From the NCBI GenBank assembly GCA_010405405.1, contig MU004231.1, forward strand, positions 3,280,401-3,344,400: a stretch of 64,000 nt of DNA, given 5' to 3'. The notes under the pieces were generated by a model. The model did no database searches. It worked only from the letters and a program-made list of their open reading frames with translations, and had not been told where the DNA came from. Made by a program: the position numbers and the translations under genes. This DNA is from Microthyrium microscopicum (Eukaryota). Below, piece by piece: positions 35,457 through 49,200 of the stretch (position 1 is the stretch's first letter; every line of letters starts with the position of its first letter).

Positions 35457-38400
35457 GGGCTTGTAGGATGAACTTGTGCTCGAGTAGATTGTGAGTCTGC
35501 ATACATTGAATCTGTGATTATGTGGTTGAGTGCTCCCAAGCTTTCTTCGCTGTCATGAACGATGTTGGTCTTAGAGACTGAAGTCTTGAGCGGCTGGTGG
35601 CCTATACGGTTTCAAGGCCTCTTGCCTCTCCATGAACTCAATCCTAAATGGTGACTGCCACAAATCTCATCGATCTTTGTTTTTGCTTCTAACCCGAACC
35701 TAGAGGCTTGCTATCACGGGGTCTTTCAGTGATGGCTCGACCTCACAGCAACGGCTAGGCAACGTTTGATAGTGCCAATGGAAGACATAGAGTACCGGCT
35801 CGACTGCCGTGCCGTAACTTTACGAGCCCAATAAATCATCTGGTATGTGTGTCTAAATTGTACATTGTACACATAGTTCGGTTGCGCCGAATGAATGACA
35901 GTGTTCGGACTTCGGTAAGCAGTTGCTCGCCGCAATCGATCGAAGATTAGGAAGGAGGTTCGATGGAAAGACCGAGTTATATTGTTCGGAAATTGATCCA
36001 GCGTACTTCATTACTTCATACCGAGCCTATTAGCGGTGAGATGACTGGGCATTCGCATTGGTTTCCTCAAAGCCTCGACATCTTTCGCTATAGAACCAGC
36101 GATTGTCTGGAAAAGGAAGCTCGATAGAAGCGGACATGGAAGCAAACGTCTATAGAGATGATCGATCGAAGGTTCTTGTCGTGACTGGGGCCGTTACTAG
36201 GAATTAGATGACCACTGAACCAAGAAAACCATTTCGTCCATGATCTATTGTGCCGCTCAGGTTTGAAAACCTTACGCATGGGATTCCGCGACAGGAAGTT
36301 GGATTCGCATTCAAATGAATTAGAAAAAGATCAGGAGAAATCTTCCATTTATGATATACTAGAACCGACCTTTTTAACACTAAACCATCTACCAGGCGAA
36401 GGTAATTCATCTACTTACAACCACTACGCTCATCATCGACCCTCGAGGGAATGAATGGCGCTATTCCACGGTCTCCCTCAAGGGCCTTCGAAACACCACC
36501 ACGATCCTAATCTTAATGGCTCACGATCCCGAGCAAACACTCAAGTCTTCCTCGAGGGTTGAATAGCTACCCTCCAGGCTCTGTCTACCCTCCAGGCTCC
36601 CTCGTAGACCCCTATCGAAACTCCCTCGCCCATTCAATATCGATATATCGCCTCCATGGCAAAGTCCAAGAGCCCCCTATTCAAGCGAGCTCACCGGCTG
36701 GCACAGCCAAACCGCTAATCTGAAAAGTCTGAGCACATTAGACAACTGTCTCACTTCGACACTGCCTCCCACGGGAGCGAACTCGCCAGACTCTGATCGT
36801 AATCGAAAGATTAGAGGCAACAAGCACATGTCAAGCGGCAAAGGTAAATTTGCGCGAAAAGGCCCAGCGAGGCGAAGTTGTGCCGCCTAGCTGCAAACAA
36901 CAGGCCAGTGATCATGACCCCTAGCTGATACACAAGTGCATCGATCCCTCCAGGGAGCTCGAGAATGTCAAAATCTTCCGAAGTGAAGAAAATAACAGGG
37001 GGTGATGCCAGGTTCCCAGCCTCCTTTTTTTGCATCTTCATGGGGTCCCGGCCAACCAAAAACAATGAAATCGTCCGTCAGCAGGGCTTTGGTAGATAAA
37101 TTCAATTCAACAGTGTTCCTTGTTCTTAACGGTATAACGTGTACATACAAGCATGCTCGTGGTTTCTTTGGTGGCCCGCTCATGCCGCTGTAAGTACCCC
37201 TGACGCGCAACATCACCCACGAGGTTGACGTGACCAGGACGAGGATTCTTGCAGAGGCCTGTGGATGTTATTCTTCTCATCATTGTGCTCGGGGTTGTCA
37301 CTTCTTTGGGACAGAAGAACTGTCTAGTGTTGTGTATCATCAGGCCATCGGTGGACGGATCGAGCGCTCCGGATCATGGGTTGCGCAGACTGCCCTGGAA
37401 CGCAGCTAAGAATGGGCTTCGTCTCGAGAATCTTGCTTATCGAGACTCAGCTGGGTATCTGTTTGCGGTCGAGGATGGGGCGATTCGTGATCTAGAGGGT
37501 GCGATTCGCGGAAATGGGAATATGCTCATGAGGTAAAGGATTGGCCGGTGAAACGACAACGCAAAGCTATGAGCCAGAGTAATGGGATTCTCATGCTGTG
37601 ATGCAATGATTCTATAGCCTCGATGATCTATGGAGTTAGTTCTTACTCGCTACGAATGCTCATCTGTTCTGACCTTCTATCACAGTTTGGATACTCGGGA
37701 AGACGCCCCAGATGCCGACCCCATCACCACTTTCAAACTCTCCTCAGCAATATCGCGATGGACCAGCTTGCTCCCTCACAGCCTGGTCGTCGCGAATCTT
37801 GCTACAAACCTCCTTATTTCCAAGGGACCCTAATCACCTCTCATAGTTGTTGCGCACCCTGACCCATATCAGATTCCAAACAGGCCCAGCATCGACGGCC
37901 CTCGTCGCCAAAACCCATGAGCTCCAGGCTCCCTTAACAATGACAAGGAGTTTAATCAGCCCTCCCCGTCTGCTTCGCCGCAATTCCCGGTTCGCCCTAT
38001 AACGCCCGTCCGATGCTCTGTCCTACATTGGCTACAATCCGTCCAAGGCGAAACAGAACCGCGAGAAGCATCGCACGGCTTGCCGCGAGATAAAGGAGGG
38101 AAGAAAACGCTGGGTGTGGCACAAAGAGAGCAGCTGGTCCAGGCTCTGTTTACGAAGGGAATATGCATCGCGATGGTCGAGATCAGACGACAGCGGTTTG
38201 TTCAAACGAGCTAAGGTAATGCTGGAGGGTCGGTGGCGGCTCACATCCCAAGTAATTCTCCGAAAAAGGTCTCACTGGCATGAGGAGATGGAGAAGTCTG
38301 CCTATGTCGAATTACCATTGACCATTTAGGAGATTGAGGCATTCATGGCCCGATGGATGCGATGCGGGCATCACATGATTCGTGTTCGTGCGACGGCAAT

Positions 38401-41400
38401 GTGATTACCAACAATTGGAGAGTGGAGTTATCGTCATCCTCTGGCTAACTTTACGCTGTGTGATGGGCATAGTGAACAGTGATTGAAGTAGCTATTCCAG
38501 AAATCTGGAAGCGAGGAGAACATGGTTCGTATCCCATGCTCTGTCGTAGAACCTGGCTATTTTCCGAGTTGCGGATTCCGGAAACTTGGAGTTTGTCAAT
38601 GCCATTGTATTTACCGATTATCAGTAATCTCCTTTTTCTTTGGTTTCCGCATAGGACAAGTCTCAGTACGATGTTACACAGTCAACGTTCTCCAGAAGTG
38701 TGTTTGGCTCACAGGGGTGATACAACAGATCATAGAACGCCAAAGACGATAACCTGATGACTCGTACTCCAAACAAGCGGAATGTTTATGGACACATTTT
38801 GACGCGTATATTGCACATAGTCAGCGCTACCAAATAAGCTAAATAATGTAAGTTTAGGTCAAGATATGATATCAAAATACCTTTTTCTAAGCCCCTGTAG
38901 TGAACGTACCACTGTTGGCTACCAAGAAGACAATATTGTAGTTTCACAGTTTCCGATATCCCCGGAGCTTTCTTAGTGACTTGGGACGTAATCTCACCTC
39001 AATCAGTACGCGCCATAGGATCGGTTGTTTAGTGTATACGGATGAACTGTCGCAATACGTTATCTTCAACACTTCGCCGCAAACGTCGTCAGCTGATGGT
39101 GCTTTTTGTCGAAACCATCTTCAACCAGACTTCCGCGGGAAGCGGACATGGACTGTTCCGGAACTCTTGATAGTCCTTGGCCAGATAGGGCCACTGGCAT
39201 GCTGGGCATCAATATAGACATATTAAGAAGCGGTATTATAGCCCAAAATTGCATGGGCCGAGGAGCCATGCTGCATAATGATTACCCTATTGGACAGGCG
39301 TCGCGGCGATCAGGTTCAAATGGTGCGTGAATTTCGGTACAAATGAGTCGGGCTCTTCAAACGAGATTGTGGAGCGGTTTTGCCATTGCCTGACTGCGGC
39401 TTTCTGGCAACTTTGAGTGCCGATATTGTTTCTTGTATGATTTGTGTTCAAAGCGAGAGAGAATTGAATGGGAGATTGAATGTCGTTTGGACAAGATTTG
39501 ATCCCCTGGTACTTTGTGAACGCCAGATGGCAAGGGGCTGCCCCGGCTTGCAGTTACCCCTTCGCCATGCTTCTCTTCACATCCTCGAGCGGCATCGGCT
39601 GCTGCCGGTTGAGATTGAAAGCTCATGGTCATTCAAAATAGCTGTAGCATTGCAAGCCCAATGCCAGGACCCTTGTTAACATTAAGGCTGGTATATCCAT
39701 TGGGCGTTTCCCAGCCTCACTTAGGCCAGAGGAGGCCTAACAGAAGGCATAAGCCGTGCTGAAGAACTTTCTCTAGTTTACATCAAGGCTTAGCTGAAAT
39801 GATAACGTCGCATGAGATTGCGGAGCGCGAAAGGCTTTGAATCAGTCCAACGGACTGGTCGAGTGTCGAATTGCGTAGTATATGCATGCCGAGTTGCTGT
39901 CATCACGAATAATCTGATCATCATCGGATTTGCAGGTGCCTAGAAGGGCCTAGAGATGATATGATGAGTAGATTTGCGTTTCTTCTTACTATTTCTGGTA
40001 GTGAGCTGTCAGCTGCGTGTCAAACACGTTGAAATAGGTATAGAAGCATGGTTGCCCTTGTCAATTACAAAACCGGCCGCCACTTTGGGCAAATCAGACA
40101 TGTTATTTTCGATTGATTGTTCCTTCTGACACGGTGGATTGGGTCCAAAAGCTATCTCGGTTAGAATATGCTCATATGCGGTGAGAGTTTGAGAAAACTT
40201 GGGGCAATAATACCTTATGGCCAAGGCGACCTCGGATTATCCACTCACGTTTCGTGTACTCGTTCCTAGTAGCTGTACTTGTCAATCACGTGAAGTTTGT
40301 GGAGGAGCTTCTGGGATTATTTATCGAGATCTGGCTTCTACGATGTAAACAGGCATATCATCCAAGAACCGAGATTTCGTCCTGGTTTGCGGACGCCAGC
40401 ATCGTAACCCTCAAGGAATGAAGCCGGGAGACATGGTGGGCACAGAGGCAGACCAAGGGCGTTGTGAGACACCCAGCTTTCCAGAACTTGGGCTCCTTGG
40501 GGCAGCAGAATGCTGTTTCTCATCGCCTTTGGGATCACAAACATGGGACGCCCAACGTCTTCGTTCGCGCTTCGCCTAAACGAAAACTGGGTTGACAGAA
40601 AAATTGAACAAGATGCCAAGAGATTCGGTCCTTTAGACGCGTCTCGTACAAACTTGGAGATAGTTTGCGGCGTTTGCAGAACCTGTGCAAAGTATAGAAC
40701 GCCTAACATCAACCCCATTCACAAATCACAGGGGTTTAAACGCTCGGTGATCACAAAGCCGTGTGAATTGGCGTTGAAGGCTGCACATGCGAGAGAGAAG
40801 AGCTGAAGATGCGGTAAGGATTGTCCTATGGAAGCTTAGATTTTGGTTTCTAGAAGACGCCACGTCCTGTTATAGCAGCCACTGCAATCTCGACTATTTC
40901 TACATTTCAACTTCAGACGTAAATTATCAAACAGATGGCGGGCTCTAACAAGTCGAAAGTCGCGCCTTTGGAACTACATTTTTGTGATCAACCACAAATC
41001 TCCGACAAGATAATACATGGCGTTGTTAAGATGTTGATTGATTTGCAGAGCCTGTTTTGCGCTGGGTAGGCGTCCTGTGGTTCAGAAAATGATGAGACGA
41101 AGTTGGGTTGGCCACGCGAGAGCGAGAGCGAGGGGGATCAAGCCGCCATCCTAGATCGCGTTCAACAATCTGTCAAAATCAATAAAATTCCACGTGCATG
41201 CTATCTCTGGTTGGATATTCTGGTCTATCAAGCAGTTTTAGGATCAGTAATGTGAGATGCAACTTCAAGTATCCCCAACGGCGTAACTTGCACAGGAAAA
41301 GCCGATCCATTCGCCAGCCAATCTTACGCTCCGAACGCCAGCCTCGTGCCCTCATTAAACCTCCCCTATCCCTGCTCTTAACACGCTCTGTTATCCTTGA

Positions 41401-44400
41401 GCGCACGAGGCGGGCGTTACTACTGCACGTTCCAACTCGCCAGCACACAGACCAATCATCCCCTCATTTACCTTTGGACCCGAAGAGGAAAGGTCTCCGT
41501 GGGGAATTGAACGGAGTGGCTTACGCTTACGCACCGCTAGCACACAAAAGGATACTTATCCGGCGCCTTGCCATGCGGCTCTCTTGAAGCGGAAATGCTT
41601 GGCAGCCTTGCTGCAGCGCTGCTGCAATGCACTTGGTGATGTGAATCCTACCGTTGGCTCGCGAAGGAATATTATCTGCGGGCGGGGCGGAGGCGAATGC
41701 TGGCTCAGCCTCGTCGTTGTTTGAGATATAGAACCGTTTGACGTACAAATGCTACATACTACTGAGGAAATGACCTGATTGAGGAGGTTACACGGGAGGT
41801 TGGTGCATAGATATCGCCATTGAACGATACTATTGGCTTGCTAATGTGAGGACTGTGGTAATGAATGTACATACGGCAGAGTATTTTATGTGTGCTTAGA
41901 TGCTACAACAATCAATACTCTAAAATACTGCATCATCTGATTCGCGTAAAAATTTCAAGGTGGCAGATACTAGCCTGAGTGCGAAAAGGTGACCATATAA
42001 TCTTACAACTTGGGCCAATTATTGAGCCGCAAGAAATGAATTTCTCAAACTAGTTGGAGATTTATCTTTTTGATGTCACATTTTAAGCATGTCTCGGAAG
42101 AAATTATGCCTAGAGAAATGAGATGAACGATTCAAACCTGATCACGTCTGTATTGGTTCGCCTACCAATTGCCATCCTTGACCCTGACTTTTACGATCGT
42201 GGTCGCTTTGCATGAAAAGTTGAGATCGAGACGGCAGAGCAAAATTACAGGCACTGAGCGGTATCGCTCCAACAGACGAGAAACATAGGCCGTCAATTGC
42301 AAGCTGAGATTGATGAGATCGACCTCTCGTCACATCACAGGAGACAAATCGAGAGGTCGAGAACAACCAACAAGATCTAATTGCATAGCACTGACTGGCC
42401 ATGCTTTTTTGATATGCTTGACTTTGCATTCAACTATAGCGACTCTATCCACAACAAGGTTAAGGATAAAGAAATAGAGTAGAAATCATATGTTTCCATT
42501 GAAAGTGGCGCGGGACGTTGATTTTGACTCTTGCTTTATGTGACAGGGAAAGCATGTACCTTCTTTTTTTCCGAAAAGGGCTGGATATAATTGGCTACAC
42601 GCAAGAATGACAGGCACATGGCAAGGAATGACAGCTCTTCATGGGGTCTGACACGCCAACCAATCTTATGAGGCAAACCGTAGTTTGATTGACAGTGCTG
42701 GTTCTTGCGTTCAGGAGGCCAAAGTTGGCCTGTCGGGTCCATTCCAGATCTTGCTGACTCTGATTTGACAAGTTTTACTTGCACCGAAGAAGAGCTTTTC
42801 GGGCTGTGCTGGCAAAATGATCTCATGCAGGATTGCCCGTTCTTATGCACAAAGGCGCAGATGAAAAACCTGACCTATCAAATCGCCAAAAGGTTCTCAA
42901 ACTGCCCCACTGTTTTAGTGAGAGGGTGTGCTGGTGGGTCATCTACTACAATCCAAGCCAGTTGATTCATTAATTGTAGATGATAGAGGATAAGAAGATA
43001 TTCGTTCTTTCATAAAACAGAAAAGTAGGTGTTGCGCCGACCCAATGATGTGGATCACTAAGTTCATGATTCAGCTATTTTTCGCCCTGATTTAATGGTG
43101 GTTCGAGAAAAGGCAGCATAATAAGTGCTCATTGGGCCGGGTGTTTCGAAACTTGTTTCAGAGCTATTTTGATGTTTTATTGGATATGTTAAGAAGATGG
43201 TATGTTTGCGCCCCAACATACGAAGGCGCGTGTATGTTGGTGGTCGACAACCACCATCAATAGGGCCGTACTTGTGGACTTATGGAGCGAGTGGCTACTC
43301 TCTGAAACACAGCGATAAGTTTATGGTCCGAGCAAATCGAATGCAGTAAAATATTTACGCGAAGAGACCTTGGCAAAGTGCTGCGGCAATTGTGTGGCAC
43401 GATTATTTGGTAGCGACTTACGCGTGAAGTTGTTAAACAGTTGCGGGATGAACCAATACTGTATACCGGATTGAACGATATACTGTTCTTTCTTTTGTTT
43501 GATATTGGAAAGTGTGGAAGAAAAATGGCAAAGCACTAACTGTGGCAACCGTTATAGAAAATAGCGCCGAACGATGTGTAATTGTATTTTTGAACATATC
43601 GCCACTCCAATCATAGAGCAGTTATGCTCGAGAGTCACGACGTGATCGCTGGCTTTATTACGATCCAATTTAAGACCCGGCATCTCGACAAGATAGGTAG
43701 GTTGGTAATGCACAGATACTTCTGACCTGTTGTGAAAGAATCTAAAGATTGGATCTGGATGGTGTCACCACGCCACAGTCATGAAAAGCTTCATTTTGAT
43801 AGATTCATCAAGTGTACTGGCCAGTTATGACTCTGATATCTGGGAGAAATCAAGACATGGAATTTGGTACGGTAGCTTGCAAAGCCAAGTGCGATGCTGG
43901 CACTGCTCGGCTTCGCTCCGTGAATCCCTGCTAGGCGTGCTTTGGTCTGTACTTTTTGCAAGACTTGCAAGGTGCTCACACGCGGCGACCTTGTCCAAAG
44001 CAGTTGATCCATGGACCAGGCCACCAACGGGAGCCAACCATCCTGTCAACAACCCCGGCTATTGGCAGTTGAGATGCTGTCACTCATCGCGCTCGCTGTG
44101 CAGATTGGCACTCACAGCCGTTGCGCACCCGCAGCAGCAAACAGCCGCGGCAAGGGGTGATATCATGCCAAAAAGAAAGAGCACTTTTGAAGGAGAACAG
44201 GAGCAGCAGGAAAATCAAAACGAGTCGTCACTACGGTTTTGGTAGGAAACAAGCTCCGATGGCTGTTGCACACAGTTGCTCGTACCAAGTTTTCGAGCAC
44301 ATTTTTGTACGGTGCGAAAGCGGGGCTTCGGTTAGGCGAGTTGGGTGGGCGAAGCCGCCGAATGGATATCATACGGATAGCGGCAGTTTGTCGCATGCAT

Positions 44401-45779
44401 TGGCGTAGACAAACTACAACGCGAGAGTGAGATAATCAGAGTAAAATATGGACAGCAAGACTGAATTGTACGGCTTTACCCTCGGTAATATTTCATGTCG
44501 TAAAACTACTTTCAGGAAGGATGATTTATTTCGTTGAATTATTGATTGATTAGCAATTGGGAAAGAGAAACGGATGTCCAGGCTCAGCGTGACTACGCTC
44601 CGCCAGGCCCGAGCTCTTGACGCGACGCACGGGCCGCTGAAAGGTCCATGAATGGTCGTCGCTCTTGCCAAAGTTAGCTCAACGGTCACGGCAGCAGCGA
44701 TCACAGCATTTGAGTCTTGAGAAGCTTCGAAGCAGCAGTCGCAACGAAGAAAACGGAAGCGACGATTCATCAGCTACTGCCTAAAATAAAAGAGGGGCAT
44801 AGAGCTTGACTTCTACACCTTCAATTTCAACCATTCAAAACAGAATCACGTAAATAGTTTAATGCGTACCTTGAAAATTCATTGTGCTTCGTCATTTTCG
44901 AGTAGTCGCGCGGTCGCAATCGTCATCCTAGGATTATTCCGCCGCACCTTTTAGTTTCCAAATCCGCGCCCATCAAAATCCTGCTCCTCCTACCCCAGTA
45001 AAATACCATCCCCAAATTCATCTCAACTCCCATCAATTAACCTTTGGTCCCATCTCCTTCCCAGACTTGAAAGTCGACCTCCGCCGTGATCGCTTTCAGG
45101 CCGCCGGCTCGCCCGTGGTCATTCAAAACGCGCGCGCGCACAGAGACTTGTGCTCGGACCCGGTGGATGCATCAACAAGGCAATCAGGAAATTTGCGTCC
45201 TTGGTACAGACACGCCTCTCTGCTCGTCTCGTCTCGCCTCAGCACTGCTGCAGTCAAGCTCCGCCCAAGTGTCCGTCAATAATTGGCATATTGCAAGCTC
45301 GGACGGTATTTTATTACTGCGAAGGAGCTGTAGCATTTTACGGGTTCTCGCGTTCCCAGTGTTTCTCCTCCCACCCATCTTTCTCACTGGCAGGATCAAT
45401 CCCAGACTTGTCTTCTTCTCAACTTTTCCATTGCCATTATTGAATCACAAAGGCCGGCTGCGCGGTTGAATTAGATTGAACCCTTGCCTGTCAAGACTGT
45501 CAGAATACTCGTCCTTCCAATCTCTCGAACCTCGAGTGGTTGTGCCTCTGCCCTATCGCCGGCGCGTTGAACAGGTTGCGCTCTCACAGGCTGGCATCGC
45601 CGCAACCCTGTCCTTGACACGACGTGGAATTTTGGAAACGACGTCTTGACCCTGCAACGGCCACGGGCCTGGTCGCGACTTCCTTGCACTCCACACAGCA
45701 CCTAGCACGACTTGCACACGTTAAGTTTTTTGTTAGTCGTCGACGTCTGCCTGGCCTGTTACTTCTCTTCTTTGGAGAG

Positions 45780-45818
45780 CTCAAAACCTCAAAGCTCAAA
45801 GCTCAAAGCTCAAAGCTC
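45780..45818. repeat. Heptamer tandem repeat (CTCAAAG) x about 5
   Basis: ctcaaaa-c-ctcaaag-ctcaaag-ctcaaag-ctcaaag-ctc, upstream of a TATA-like TATTAAAA at about 46039. Confidence 0.85.
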
Positions 45819-46295
45819 CTTCTGCCTGGCACCTGCCTAGGGTGTCGGTCGAACCTGTCTACTTCAACGCCCTGGCCCCTGCCCCGTTAAGCCTGTTCAT
45901 AACAGCGACCGTTATTCCATCGTCCTTTGATCCTGCCTGTCCTGTCTCCGATCAATCATCTGCTCCTGCTATTTCTGCTCAGTGCTTGCTGCCAGTCTGA
46001 GTCTGAGTCTGAGCCTGCCCAGTACGTATTGCCAAAGGTATTAAAAGCCAATCCCAGGCCCCTGCGACCTGTCATCCTGGCCGTTCCCTGCCCTGCCACT
46101 ACTTGACTACTGCCCCTCATCATCACCTTGTCACCTCTTTACACTACAACACTGAACCTTGCGTACTGGATTAAAACACACCTTGACCTTGAACCTGGAC
46201 CATCATCACCAAAATCCCCCCGGCTCACGACACTCAATTTCGCTGCGCGCGCTCATTGCACTGACCTGCTCAGCGGTCCCTCGACCATATCCATC

Positions 46296-49200
46296 ATGTC
46301 GCCTAAGAGCAGAGAAGAAGGGGTCAAGAAGCCTGGGTATAAGGAAGAGCCGGCTGCTGTGGCGGACAACAACCGTGTAAGTTCAAGTCCCTGCCTTGTT
46401 CCATCTCTCTGCATTGCACACATTTGGCAACACCCTACATTCTCTTTTTCTTCAATATCATCCTCTGCTACACTCTCTTCCATACCCTACCAGACTCCGT
46501 GTTCGAGAGAAACAATCCTCTACATCTCTGTCAAAGGTGCCTTTTTTCCCTTTCGCTTCTTCTACACCCCCGCCACCTCTATCTCTTGATCGTCCCATTC
46601 CGGCATCCAGTCGCATTCAGTATACGCTTTGCTGAGCATCTGCAAAACGCCTCTTTTGCTGCTCCTGCTTCTCGCGTGCTGAAAGACTGCTGCGAATCTT
46701 CGCTGCATCTGCACCTCGTTGCGCTGGCGGCCTATTACTACTGCCCTCCTCCACTGCGCATGCATTCGCCCGCTGCTTTACTTGCACAAGTCTCCTGTGC
46801 TTAATCGCCCCAATCTTGGGCTATCCTCGCCACCCAGTTCATTCTGTGCTTCTGGCTACATGGTATGCCCTCTCCTCCTGTCACTCAAGCTGGCCTCTGT
46901 CCAAATCTGCACTATGGTCCCTGTCCCTCTACCTTACCTACCACACCACTCCCCATCTGGTCTTCGCCAGCCTCCCTCTACGTCTCCCTGCCCCCGTCCT
47001 GCTCCCGCACTACGATCCCATGCCCCAAGACCATGCCCAAAGTTGTTGTGAAGACACAACAATCGCTTGGGCTTGCTGGTATTATATGAGGCCTGTATTG
47101 AACAGTTACCCTCAACTCCAAGTACCATATCGTCAAGGTTGTTGTTCATAACAGCACATCTTATCGTTCCATGACTTGGGTCTCTGCAACTTCATGTCTT
47201 GCTATTTTCTTTCCCGATGCGGAACTTTGTCAACTTCCGGTTTCTCCCTCTACTCTCCCCGCACCTGCACCTGACCTCCACATTTCCGCTCCGAGGCTAG
47301 GCACTTGGAAGACCAGCAGCGTGGCAAGTCTTCTTTTGCCTTCGGCAATGTTAAGCACAACATTTTAACACACCATCCCCAATTCCTACCGTCTTCCCGG
47401 TCCCGTTTGATCTTTTTTCCCGCTACTTTACCGTTGCCTTTGCTTCCCTCCAATCGCAGCCTTATCACACTTCATTCCCCAATATAAACTATCGCATCCA
47501 TCAAAATCAAAAGCTTGCAGGGCTGTGCTCATCACTTTGGGCCGTCTTACAAATCTTGCCCTAACATTGCTGGCATGTTTTGACTCGATATCACCGAGGT
47601 ATATTAATATAACCCGAACGCGCAAGGATATTGAAGTACCCCGGCCATCTTTCGAGAAACAAAACAAAACGTCGACAACGTTTAAAGTTGTCCTTTGTCG
47701 AACATCTACTAACATCATTTTTGAATTTCCAGCATCATCCCCATCCATCTCAGCAAGGCTTACCACCGCCTCAGCAACAGCACTTACAGCAGCACCCTCG
47801 ATCAGGTGTTATATCCCACCATCCGGACTCTCCTCATCAATCTCAAACATCTCAACAGCCAGTGACTGGCCCGTACGCTTCACCCCAAGTACCAAGTCAT
47901 AGTCTACCGCAGCAACATCCCTCTCATTACGTTCCCGGGCCATCCGTGGCTCCTCCTTCAGAGGTGCCTTATTACACCCATCCTTCGGGTCCCATCAGCG
48001 GCGGAAACCCCAGTTACTCTCAAGGTGGTAAGTAACCCCATTCTTACCTTGCTCTGCAGTTTTCAATTTTCTGGGATTCTGCACCTTGAAATTGCAGGCT
48101 TATGATCAAAACCCATGAACCGACCCAAAACTAACCTGGCATAGAAAACATTGATCCAGCAGGAATGGCTACTGCAACCATGAATCATCGCGGGTACCCG
48201 CCAATGTATTCAACTCCACAATCTGCTTCTCCAGCGTCGGTTCAGTCGCCGCATCAAGATCAACATCATAGACCGATGTATTCTCAGGCGCCTATGTATG
48301 CCAACTATTCGCCGTACGCTCTTCCTCAATCTTCTCCGTATGGCCAACATCCAGTCCAGCCTGCGGGCCCTATGCAAGGCAATTTCATGGCCCATCAAGC
48401 TCCGGGTCAGCCTCTCCCTCAGCAGACCTCGCACCCAGTCACTCCTCATCTTACTGGAAGTCCAGGGCAGAAGTTGCCGCAAGCCCAGATTCAAAGACAA
48501 GGCACTGGCATGAGCCCGCCATCACAAACTCCACCCGGGCCCCCGGGTAGTGCGCAAGGCATGCACCATGGCCACCAACCAGGCTCCAGTGTCAATCCAA
48601 ATGCAGCCCCTGGTCCAATTCCAGCGACTACACCCCTCGTTGTGCGACAAGACCAGAATGGTGTGCAGTGGATTGCGTTTGAGTACTCTCGCGATCGCGT
48701 CAAGATGGAGTACACTATCCGCTGTGACGTTGAATCGGTAGACGTCAACAGCTTGACTGCAGAGTTCAAGACCGAGAACTGCGTTTATCCACGCGCATGC
48801 TGCCCTAAAGATCAATACAAGGGCAACCGTTTACACTATGAAAGCGAGTGCAACACTGTCGGATGGGCGCTTGCTCAGCTAAACCCATGCCTTCGCGGTA
48901 AGCGTGGACTTATTCAGCGAGCAGTGGATAGCTGGCGAAACAGCAATCAAGACCCGCGCCTCAGAAGTAGACGTGTCCGGCGTATGGCGAAGATCAACAA
49001 CAGGAAGCAGAGTCAGGTGCCACACGGAGGTCATATGGCTGCTCCAGGCGCTCCTCCACCAGGAGTTCCTGCTGCGGGATTGTCGGCTCCAGGACCTAGA
49101 CAACCAGGAATGAGTTTGGGTGGCCAGTTGATTCACCATCATCATGAACAACCAGGTGGTCCTCCTGGCGGTGCGGACGATGTTAGCGGTATGTTTCATC

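Noticed and set aside
43213..43256. Overlapping alternative short hairpins (CCAACATAC/GTATGTTGG and TGGTGGT/ACCACCA)
   Set aside because: Stems of 7-9 bp are expected by chance in 64 kb, and there is no associated gene or riboswitch consensus.
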